Positions 18,420 through 26,500 of a stretch of 32,000 nt of DNA are shown piece by piece (within the stretch, counting starts at the first letter, position 1; each line of letters starts with the position of its first letter). This stretch comes from Methylophaga frappieri (GTDB taxonomy: Bacteria; Pseudomonadota; Gammaproteobacteria; Nitrosococcales; Methylophagaceae), in assembly GCF_000260965.1 (NCBI RefSeq), contig NC_017856.1:1950001-1982000 (forward strand), in the 5' to 3' direction. The position numbers and the translations under genes were made by a program. The notes below the pieces were generated by a model. The model saw nothing but the letters and a program-made list of their open reading frames with translations, was not told the DNA's origin and made no database searches.

Positions 18420-19202
18420 ATGATGAATTCAGATTCCTTACCCCTGATAGCCCTCGATTTTGATGGCGTCATTTGTGACAGTGCGGTGGAAACGGCGTTA
18501 AGTGGTTGGCAGGTCGCGCATCAATTGTGGCCGGAACTGCCAGCGACACTGAGCAAACCCTTATTAGCCGCGTTTCGCCAAGTGCGGCCAGTCATGGAAA
18601 CCGGCTTTGAGAGTATCCTTATTTTGCGCGCGCTGGTGGATGGCGTTGCCGTGCAAACGCTGATTAATTCATTCAGCAACAACATGGACCGTGTGATGCA
18701 GCAATATCAGCTCTCACCCAGTCTGTTAAAAAATCAATTTGCTGAGGTTCGCGATGACTGGATTGCATGTGATTTTAGCGGCTGGGTAGAGAAAAATCCG
18801 CTATACCCAACTATCAAACAGATCATGCAGCAAATTCCGACTTCGCAATTGGTCATCATCACCACCAAACAGGAGCGGTTTGTTTCCGCGATTTTGTCGG
18901 CAAATGAAATCACCGTGCCGGAAGATCAAATTTATGGCATGGATCGCCAGCTCAGCAAAGCCAGTGTCTTAAGAATGCTGCAAAACCACTACACCGGCCA
19001 GATTCTATTCGTCGAAGATCGGCTGCCGACGTTGTGTAATATCATCACCACACCAGAGCTGGAGCAGATACAGTTATGGCTGGCAACGTGGGGTTATAAC
19101 ACCGAACTGGATCAACAAACGGCGTTGGCATCACCACGCATTGAACTACTGGGGCTGGAAGCATTTTCTGATTGGCCTCGGCAATACGGCCTTAATGCTT
19201 AA
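18420..19202 (+). CDS. HAD-superfamily hydrolase (phosphatase-like)
   Basis: From ATG 18420 the product is MMNSDSLPLIALDFDGVICDS (HAD motif I DxDG), with LVIITTK (motif II Thr) and ILFVEDR (motif IV). The ORF-track start 18225 would overlap pyrC' by 185 nt and add non-HAD sequence. Confidence 0.8.
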   Translation: MMNSDSLPLIALDFDGVICDSAVETALSGWQVAHQLWPELPATLSKPLLAAFRQVRPVMETGFESILILRALVDGVAVQTLINSFSNNMDRVMQQYQLSPSLLKNQFAEVRDDWIACDFSGWVEKNPLYPTIKQIMQQIPTSQLVIITTKQERFVSAILSANEITVPEDQIYGMDRQLSKASVLRMLQNHYTGQILFVEDRLPTLCNIITTPELEQIQLWLATWGYNTELDQQTALASPRIELLGLEAFSDWPRQYGLNA

Positions 19203-19218
19203 ACTTAAAAGAGAAAAA

Positions 19219-19295
19219 TGGCGGAGCGGACGGGACTCGAACCCGCGACCTCCGGCGTGACAGGCCAGCATTCTAACCAACTGAACTACCGCTCC
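19219..19295 (-). tRNA. tRNA-Asp (anticodon GUC)
   Basis: The reverse complement reads GGAGCGGTAGTTCAGTTGGTTAGAATGCTGGCCTGTCACGCCGGAGGTCGCGGGTTCGAGTCCCGTCCGCTCCGCCA. It has acceptor stem GGAGCGG/CCGCTCC, anticodon stem CTGGC/GCCGG with loop CTGTCAC, T-loop TTCGAGT and an encoded CCA. It is near-identical in pattern to E. coli tRNA-Asp. Confidence 0.97.
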
Positions 19296-19392
19296 GCGAC
19301 CTGATAAAACCTTTAGGTACCGTCAGGACGCGTGAAAGGATACAGTAATTTTTGTTCGAGTGTTAGCAGAATCTGTATTTTTTTAAATTTTT

Positions 19393-19425
19393 CGCCCAAG
19401 CCCACCTAGTTAGCGGGCTTGGGCG
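19393..19425 (-). terminator. GC-rich stem-loop directly after the pseudoazurin stop (possible terminator or RNA-stabilising/processing hairpin)
   Basis: Perfect 11-bp stem CGCCCAAGCCC / GGGCTTGGGCG with an 11-nt loop, 9 nt downstream of the stop at 19435. On the minus strand it is followed by an A-rich rather than a U-rich tract, so it is not a canonical intrinsic terminator. Confidence 0.4.
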
Positions 19426-19434
19426 TGGGTTGCT

Positions 19435-20250
19435 TTACATTGACTCGGCAACTTGTAAGGCTTTCTTGACTAATCGTTTAGCAGCGCCATTCACTTCTGC
19501 ATTTTGAATTTGTTCAAGATTCACTGGCTGGCCAACAATAATGGCACCACCCATCCCCGCACCAAAATGAGGTGTACATTTATAAATGTAAATTCCTTCT
19601 TCCGTGAATGTACGCTGAAAATTTTCACTCATTGGTGAATGCCACATTTCAGCGCCTTCCGGGATTAACCCTTCTATTGATTGGGTGTCATGCGTACTCA
19701 TATTTGTCCACGTAACTTTATCTCCAGGCGCAATTTGAACTACCAGTGGCGCATAAATCAAGCCTTGGGCAGCGATGGTATGTGTTTTAGGTTCGGCATC
19801 AGATGGCTTTACGTTAACCACCTGTTCAGCAGCTTGAGAAGCTTGTTCTAACAAAGTCTCGGCTTCTTCACGACCTGTAGCAGCAGCATCTTCGGCCTGA
19901 GCAATAACCTCACTGGTTTTCTCTGCAATAGCCGCTGATGCCTCTGATGCCTCTTCCGTCGCTAAGTCGACAATGTCAGAAGTCTCATCCACAACCTCTT
20001 CAACCATGGTTTCTTCGAGTGCCGCCTGCTCTTGCTCCTTAATAGCGCTGGTGTCGTCCGTCATTGCCAACGCCTCGGTCTGCTCAGATCCGATTGGCTC
20101 AGGCGCATTTTGTGGATCAGTTTCTGATGTTACTCCCGGCCGATCATAGTGATCGCTGGAACCAGAAATAAAGGTAGAAACCGCAGCAACCACAAAGATT
20201 GCAATAGCAGCAATAATAATCGCGGAAATTATGGCTTTCGATGTACGCAT
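19435..20250 (-). CDS. Membrane-anchored pseudoazurin (type-1 copper cupredoxin) with long acidic linker
   Basis: The C-terminal ~115 aa align by eye to pseudoazurin: APGDKVTW..THDTQSIEGLIPEGAE...ENFQRTFTEEGIYIYKCTPHFGAGMGGAIIVG. The four Cu ligands are present (His187, Cys225, His228, Met233). The N-terminus has one TM helix (AIISAIIIAAIAIFVVAAVSTFI) followed by ~125 aa of Glu/Ala/Thr/Ser-rich sequence. AGGAG lies 6 nt before the ATG. Confidence 0.88.
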   Translation of the reverse strand: MRTSKAIISAIIIAAIAIFVVAAVSTFISGSSDHYDRPGVTSETDPQNAPEPIGSEQTEALAMTDDTSAIKEQEQAALEETMVEEVVDETSDIVDLATEEASEASAAIAEKTSEVIAQAEDAAATGREEAETLLEQASQAAEQVVNVKPSDAEPKTHTIAAQGLIYAPLVVQIAPGDKVTWTNMSTHDTQSIEGLIPEGAEMWHSPMSENFQRTFTEEGIYIYKCTPHFGAGMGGAIIVGQPVNLEQIQNAEVNGAAKRLVKKALQVAESM

Positions 20251-20406
20251 AGTTGCTCCTGAATCAACTTAACCTGACTCTGAATCATACCACCTATTAT
20301 TTTTAAACAAAGCTTGAAAGCCGTTAAAAATAGGTCGGCTGAGTATTCATAATGGTCGTTTTTTCTCACTACTTAAAACTGAAATAAAGCAAGCAGGACA
20401 AGCCTG

Positions 20407-20736
20407 TTAGCCTTTTTTGTTCGTCACCCTCTCTTCAGGCAGCGTGCTAATCACCGGAAGGGCAATATTCTTAGGATCAACAAACTGTTGATTTATTTTG
20501 TTCAATGCAATCTCTAATGCCTGGGTCAACACGGAAATTTCGGCAACATCTGATGCCGTTAATGGATCATTCGCTAAAATAGCTTTCAGTCGGTCATTGT
20601 CAGCATTAAATTGACTGACAACCTGTTCAAACGTTTCTACTGGTGATTTTAGCTGCTGTGTGGATTGTTGCGCCCGAGATATATCTGCCACACCAAAACT
20701 TAATGCGGCGGCCGCCAGATAGTTAAATACATTCAT
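20407..20736 (-). CDS. Hypothetical small protein, probably exported, predicted all-helical
   Basis: 109-aa ORF with a strong GGAGG Shine-Dalgarno (..aatGGAGGagcaatatcATG). Hydrophobic N-terminus MNVFNYLAAAALSFGVADISRAQQ. I recognise no family. Confidence 0.55.
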   Translation of the reverse strand: MNVFNYLAAAALSFGVADISRAQQSTQQLKSPVETFEQVVSQFNADNDRLKAILANDPLTASDVAEISVLTQALEIALNKINQQFVDPKNIALPVISTLPEERVTNKKG

Positions 20737-20798
20737 GATATTGCTCCTCCATTGTCCGCGACAAAAGCACTTCTTTTATCGAATCGCACAGGATGGCG

Positions 20799-20827
20799 AT
20801 TAAAAATGAAATGGGGATAATTTCCAA
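20799..20827 (-). promoter_or_regulatory. Candidate sigma-70 promoter for the 109-aa ORF
   Basis: On the minus strand: -35 TTGGAA (20827-20822), 17-nt spacer, -10 TTTAAT (20804-20799), about 60 nt upstream of the ATG at 20736. Sequence match only. Confidence 0.3.
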
Positions 20828-20859
20828 GAAAACAACATGAGCCGCTAAATCGGCGGCTC
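20826..20859 (-). terminator. Rho-independent terminator with no annotated gene directly upstream
   Basis: On the minus strand: stem GAGCCGC(C) / (G)GCGGCTC at 20839-20859 with a 5-7-nt loop, followed by ATGTTGTTTTCTT. The nearest upstream minus-strand CDS (perM) ends 317 nt away. Confidence 0.55.
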
Positions 20860-21054
20860 GTGTCGGAGGAGAGAACATTCAAAACGATGTCAGAATACGG
20901 CAAAATGGACTTGCGCCCTTGATACGTTATTGGGCCATCACTAACATCAGCACCTTCGACATCATTCAGACTAATTGGTTCCCCAACCAGTTAATCACAG
21001 CAATACTGTGTGACGATGCGTATCGCTCTTTCGGACCACATGACAATTTATTGG

Positions 21055-21074
21055 CCTTGTTAACCTTAACAAGG
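21055..21074. repeat. 20-bp near-perfect palindrome CCTTGTTAA-CC-TTAACAAGG
   Basis: Read directly from the sequence. There are 9-bp arms separated by 2 nt, in the non-coding gap 103 nt downstream of the perM stop. It could be an operator-type protein site or an RNA hairpin. Confidence 0.6.
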
Positions 21075-21176
21075 TGAATTAGGTTCAATTCTATCCCGGC
21101 ACAGTTACCGTTATTGGTGACTCAGGCCGCGCATTGTGCCGAACAGGCGCTGTTCATTTATCTGGTCAGTAAGCCG

Positions 21177-22277
21177 TTACTTTGAGTCGATAACATTTTT
21201 ATCCGCCACAACCTGCTGATGTTTCAAGCCCCGGGGCCAAGCAAAAACCATGGCTTTAATCAGGGTCGCCAATGGAATGGCAAAAAATACGCCCCAAACG
21301 CCCCAAATACCACCAAAAAACAGAACCGCCAAAATAATGGAGACCGGATGTAGATTGACGGCTTCAGAAAACAGTACGGGCACCAGCACGTTTCCATCCA
21401 ATGCTTGCAACACCCCGTAAGCCAACAATACGTATAAAAACTGCTCCGTCATACCAAAATGAAATCCCGCTACCGCAGCAACCGGCAGGGTTGCCACGGC
21501 AGCACCGATAAACGGGATCAACACCGAAAAGCCGACAATCACCGCCAACAATGCTGCATAGGGCAATGCAAACGCGGAAAACATGACATAGGCAGCGCCA
21601 CCGACAATAATGATCTCAATGGCTTTACCACGAATATAGTTCGCGATCTGATCATCCATTTCTTGCCAGACCCGACTCATCAACCCCCGCTTTTCCGGTA
21701 ACAAATTCACGGCAAACTGCGTCAACTGACGACGATCTTTCAATAAAAAAAACACCAGAATCGGCACCAGCACCAGATAGACAATAATGCCGATAATATT
21801 ACCCAAGGAAGACAGTGATATCGTCAATACGCGCTGACCAAACTGAGATAACTCACGACCTGCCGCACTAATCCAGACTTGTAGTTGATCCGGACTGATA
21901 AGATTAGGATATTGCGTCTGGAGTCCGTCCAGCCAGGCTTGACCACTTGATAGCATCCTCGGCGCTTCCTGCACCAGATTGACTAACTGCTCCCACAGCA
22001 GTGGCAACAGCAAAAAAGCCATCGCCAACAAGGCACCAACAAACCCCAGATAAACCAAGACCATGGCCAACCATTCCGGTACATGTCGGCGCACCAGCAT
22101 ATTGATCAGCCCCTGCAGCATAAACGCTAATATCAGCGCGGTAAAAAAGGGAGCCAGCATGCCACCAAGCCAGATAACAATTGCAAAACCAAGCAACAAC
22201 ACCAGTAACAAAATGACCGCTTCTTCATCTGAGAAGTAATGCGCCGCCCAATTTTTGAGCATAGACCGTACGGTCAT
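21177..22277 (-). CDS. perM: AI-2E family transporter (PerM/YhhT-like permease)
   Basis: 366 aa, polytopic. N-terminus ..HYFSDEEAVILLLVLLLGFAIVIWLGGMLAPFFTALILAFML, later IANYIRGKAIEIIIVG and VLIPFIGAAVATLPV, typical of the AI-2E/PerM family. Confidence 0.85.
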   Translation of the reverse strand: MTVRSMLKNWAAHYFSDEEAVILLLVLLLGFAIVIWLGGMLAPFFTALILAFMLQGLINMLVRRHVPEWLAMVLVYLGFVGALLAMAFLLLPLLWEQLVNLVQEAPRMLSSGQAWLDGLQTQYPNLISPDQLQVWISAAGRELSQFGQRVLTISLSSLGNIIGIIVYLVLVPILVFFLLKDRRQLTQFAVNLLPEKRGLMSRVWQEMDDQIANYIRGKAIEIIIVGGAAYVMFSAFALPYAALLAVIVGFSVLIPFIGAAVATLPVAAVAGFHFGMTEQFLYVLLAYGVLQALDGNVLVPVLFSEAVNLHPVSIILAVLFFGGIWGVWGVFFAIPLATLIKAMVFAWPRGLKHQQVVADKNVIDSK

Positions 22278-22424
22278 AACAACTCCTAAAATCTAGTTTT
22301 TACACATTTTGACATAAATCCAGTCGGTTAAACGGTAAACTATAAGGATTCAGATAAGTCAGTGCAGGAACTTCTTTTGTCCCCCCTGCTCAGTAAAAGG
22401 GACTTGCTTAAATACTGGACGCTC

Positions 22425-23510
22425 ATGGATATATTTAAACGTTTCCGCCGGTTTTCCACCTGGTTTTGCCATTTCGGGCTGCTGTTTGTGCTCGGTTTGT
22501 CCGTTGCATACGCTGAAGATTTGCCGGTTACCATTGTTAAACCGGTCCTGACAGATACTGGCGAACGTATACAACTTTCCGGCTCGTTCAGCGCTGAGCG
22601 ACAAGCCATGTTATCGCCACGAATGGATGGTTTGGTTAAATCTGTTCGCGTCGATGCAGGTGATGCGGTCAAACAAGGTGATTTACTGATAGAACTGGAT
22701 AGTGTCCTGACACAGCTTCAATTAACTCAGGCACGAGCCACAAGCCAAGAAGCCCAAGCCGCTGTCACCGAGGCAAAACGCCTGGTTGAAGAAGCTGAAC
22801 GTCTGCGAGGCGATAATTATATTTCCGCCACGGAACTGGCAAATCGCAAGGCCAATCTAGCTGTGACCGAAGCGGCCTTGGCTGCCGCCAAAGCCAATGC
22901 CAGCCGGGTTGACGAAGAGCGTCGACGACATCAATTAACCGCCCCTTTTGATGGTGTTATCAGCGCCAAAATGACCGAAGCGGGTGAGTGGATTAATCGT
23001 GGTGATCAAGTGCTTGAGCTGGTCTCGCTGGAACAGGTTCGTCTGGATATCAATGTGCCGCAGGAACGCTTCACCTATTTGAATAAAGACAGTCAGATCA
23101 CCATCTACCCGGACGCGCTACCAAATCAGTCCCTCACTGGCAAAGTGATCGCCATTGTTCCAGTCAGTAACCCGCAGGCGCGCTCATTTCTGGTCCGAGC
23201 AGTAGTGGACGATCCGCAGGTTACCTTGCTGCCAGGCACGTCGGCTACGGCTGCCATTACGCTGAAAAGCAACCAGCAGCCAGGATTATCGCTGCCTCGT
23301 GATGCGGTGTTAAGACATCCCGATGGCGGTCGCAGCGTGTTTGTTGTCAATGCAGATAATACCGTTAGTCGTCAATCGGTCGTTATTCAGCAAGAAACCC
23401 CTCAAAGTGTCATTGTCAGCGAGGGTCTGGCACAGGATGATCGCGTGGTATTGCGTGGTAATGAAGTCCTTAAGCAAGGCAACACGGTCAGCATCGTTGA
23501 AGGCAATTAA
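22425..23510 (+). CDS. Efflux RND transporter periplasmic adaptor (membrane fusion protein)
   Basis: From ATG 22425 there is an N-terminal anchor/signal MDIFKRFRRFSTWFCHFGLLFVLGLSVAYA. It also has a lipoyl-like segment (VRVDAGDAVKQGDLLIELD), a coiled-coil hairpin (QLTQARATSQEAQAAVTEAKRLVEEAERL...), LTAPFDGVIS and C-terminal beta-barrel domains. Confidence 0.9.
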   Translation: MDIFKRFRRFSTWFCHFGLLFVLGLSVAYAEDLPVTIVKPVLTDTGERIQLSGSFSAERQAMLSPRMDGLVKSVRVDAGDAVKQGDLLIELDSVLTQLQLTQARATSQEAQAAVTEAKRLVEEAERLRGDNYISATELANRKANLAVTEAALAAAKANASRVDEERRRHQLTAPFDGVISAKMTEAGEWINRGDQVLELVSLEQVRLDINVPQERFTYLNKDSQITIYPDALPNQSLTGKVIAIVPVSNPQARSFLVRAVVDDPQVTLLPGTSATAAITLKSNQQPGLSLPRDAVLRHPDGGRSVFVVNADNTVSRQSVVIQQETPQSVIVSEGLAQDDRVVLRGNEVLKQGNTVSIVEGN

Positions 23511-23521
23511 GGATCTCTATC

Positions 23522-26500
23522 ATGCTTGAGGCACCAATTCGCAATGGGAAATTACTGACCGTCATTGTTCTGATTGTGTGCGTGCTGGGTCTCGCGGCTG
23601 TTCGGCTGATTCCCGTGCAGATGATACCGGATCTGGATACCCGTATTATCAGCGTCCAAACTAACTGGGCAGGTGCAACCCCTCAAGATATCGAAAAAGA
23701 AATTCTGATTGAGCAGGAACGTTATCTTGGCAATATTCCGAATCTCACTCGGATGGAGTCTTTTGCTGAAACCAGCCAAGCCGAAATCGAAATGCATTTT
23801 CCTTTTGGCGTCAATATCAATGAAACCCTGATCGAGGTGACCAACGCTCTGAGTCAGGTTTCTGGTTATCCGGAAAATGTTGATCAGCCCCGAGTCAGCA
23901 ACAGTTCATTCTCTGAAAATGCGTTTATGCATTTTACCGTTACCCCTTTGCCCGGAAATCCGCTAAATCTCGATTTACATATGATCACGGATTTTGTTGA
24001 TGACAATATTCGCACTGCCATGGAACGGGTCAACGGCGTATCACAAGTGCAAATCCGGGGGGGTGCCGAACGCCAAATGCAGGTGTTTGTTGATGCTGCC
24101 AAACTGGCTCAACGTGGTATTACCTTATCCGATGTCCGTAATGCTATCCGTGCACGCAATAGTGATGCCTCGGCCGGCGACATTGATGAAGGTCAGCGGC
24201 GATACCTGTTACGAACGGTGGGTCGGTTTAACAGCCAGCAGGAATTAGAAAATCTGATTTTGGCGCGGCGCAACAATACCGACATCTTATTGAAAGATGT
24301 TGCCGAAGTTCAGCTGGATCACTTTGAAATCCGGGAAGAAGCCATTATCAATAATGAAGCAGCGCTTCACATGGCCGTTAAACGTGAACCGGGATCCAAC
24401 GTCATTGATATCAAGTACGGCATGCTCAGTGTGGTTGATGAACTTCGAGAAACCGTGCTCAAACCAAATGGACTGGATATTTTCCTGCTTGGCGATGATG
24501 TGCGTTATGTCGAAGCGGCCATTCAAAATGTCTCCCAAAACCTGCTGTTGGGGGGCTTGTTGGCTTGCTTGATTCTGTTTGCCTTTTTGCGTTCTTTTCG
24601 CGGTACGGTTATTGGTCTGATGGGGATGCCAGTGTGCGTTATCGCCGCGTTTTTAGGACTGTTACTGTTTGACCGCACGATTAATGTTATCTCACTGGCC
24701 GGGATTGCGTTTGCGATAGGCATGACTGTCGATAACACGATTGTCGTTTTGGAAAGTATTGAGCAGGCTCGTCGCCGCGGTCTGGACAGAATTGAAGCGG
24801 CAATTACCGGTGTCCGCGAGGTGTGGACCGCCGTTCTCGCATCAAGCATGACGACCGTTATCGTCTTTTTACCGGTATTGCTGGTTCAGGAAGAGGCCGG
24901 CCAGCTTTACTCGGATATTGCCATTGCTATCTCGATTGCCATTATGGCATCCATGTTATTTGCTGTTGGGGTTGTGCCTTCTGCCTGTGCCCGATTTGGT
25001 CTGGGCACAGGAGCCAGCAAAAGTCTTGATGACCTGCATCGTCATGGTTTGATATTAAAAACCATTAACTGGCTGACCGCCGGCAATATTCGGCGTATTT
25101 TGACCATGACCATTATGTTCACGATTACCATTGTTGCGGCGTGGATTTTGATGCCACCAGCAGAGTATTTGCCAGAAGGTGAAGAGCCAAAAGCGTTTTC
25201 TTCAATGATGGCACCGCCGGGCACCAATTTGTCTGAAATGCAGCGTATTGCCAGCGAAGTCAATGTCATTCTTGAACAAGCCCGGCAAGCCGATCCGGTC
25301 GATTTTGATCGGGGTGAAATCCGCCTGCCAGCACTGGCTTATTACTACCTTAGAACGTCACCTAATGGCCTTTGGCTACTGAGCGAACCCAAGCGTGGTG
25401 ATGATATCAATGCCATGATGGAAACTCTGACCGAGCTATTCAAAAGCTACCCGGGTATGCGCGCGTTCTCAGGTCGTGGCTCCATCATCTCCAGTAATCA
25501 GGGAGGCACGCGGGCAGTGAACCTGGATATTGCCGGCCCTGATATGGGTGATCTCTACCGTACGGCCGAATATGCCTATCAACGTGCTGAGAACCTGTTC
25601 GATAACCCACAAATTAACTCCTCCCCCAGCTCATTGTCTTTGGATCAACCTTTGATCGAAATTGTGCCTCGGTGGCACCGGTTATCTGAAGTTGGCTTTA
25701 CCGCTGACGAATTTGGCTTTGCAGTCTCCGCCTTGAGTGACGGGGCGTTTGTCGATGAGTTTTTTCTTGATGATGACAAGATCGATATTTTTCTTTATAG
25801 CCATGCCGGACAATCGCAATCATTGCCAAACCTGGCAGAATTACCGGTATTAACACCCAATGCCAGCATTCTGCCGTTAAATGCGCTGGCAGATCTCAAC
25901 GAAACCGTGGACAGTGATACCCTGCGCCGAGTTGATGGCCGCCGCACCGTCACGCTGTTGATTATCCCACCACGTGACGTGGCATTGGAAACCGCCGTAC
26001 AACGGGTTCGCAATGAAATGATCCCTGCCATGCAGTCTCAAGGAGAAGTCGCCAAAGGCGTCTCTCTCAGTATTTCAGGTGCGTCAGATCAGCTGGATGC
26101 GACCCGGGAATCGTTATCAGAAAATCTGGTGGTTGCCGTCGCGCTGATTTATTTATTACTGGTGGCCATTTTCTCTCATTGGGGCTATCCGCTTATCATT
26201 CTGGCAACCGTACCATTAGGGATTGCTGCCGGTATTGTTGGTCTGGTTGCCGTCAATCAGTCCGGGCCTTTACTTGCCATGATTGGTTTGCCGCCATTAA
26301 TACAGCCTTTCGACATGATTACCATGCTGGGATTTGTCATTTTGCTGGGAACGGTAGTGAATAACCCGATTCTGATCGTTGAGCAGGCGCGCCGTTACCT
26401 GGAAAATGCCAGTGACACCGTTCAACAGGCTGTGGTGAAAGCGGTCGCCACGCGATTACGGCCAATTCTGATGTCAACCATGACTACGGTATTTGGTTTA

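Noticed and set aside
19935-19952. Tandem 9-bp duplication CTGATGCCT x2 inside the pseudoazurin gene.
   Set aside because: It encodes EAS-EAS within the low-complexity acidic linker. It is an expected slippage-type micro-repeat and not an independent element.
20866-20921. Strong GGAGGAG followed by an 11-codon plus-strand ORF (MSEYGKMDLRP*), read as a possible leader peptide or micro-protein.
   Set aside because: The Shine-Dalgarno-to-ATG spacing is about 14 nt, which is too long. The GGAGGAG is better explained as sequence adjacent to the minus-strand terminator stem, and no downstream plus-strand gene exists for it to regulate.
19219-22277. Possible genomic island integrated at tRNA-Asp (tRNA followed by non-housekeeping genes and a large non-coding gap).
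   Set aside because: There is no integrase, transposase or phage gene. I could find no direct repeat of the tRNA 3' end, and there is no obvious compositional break by eye. The genes are few and plausibly native.
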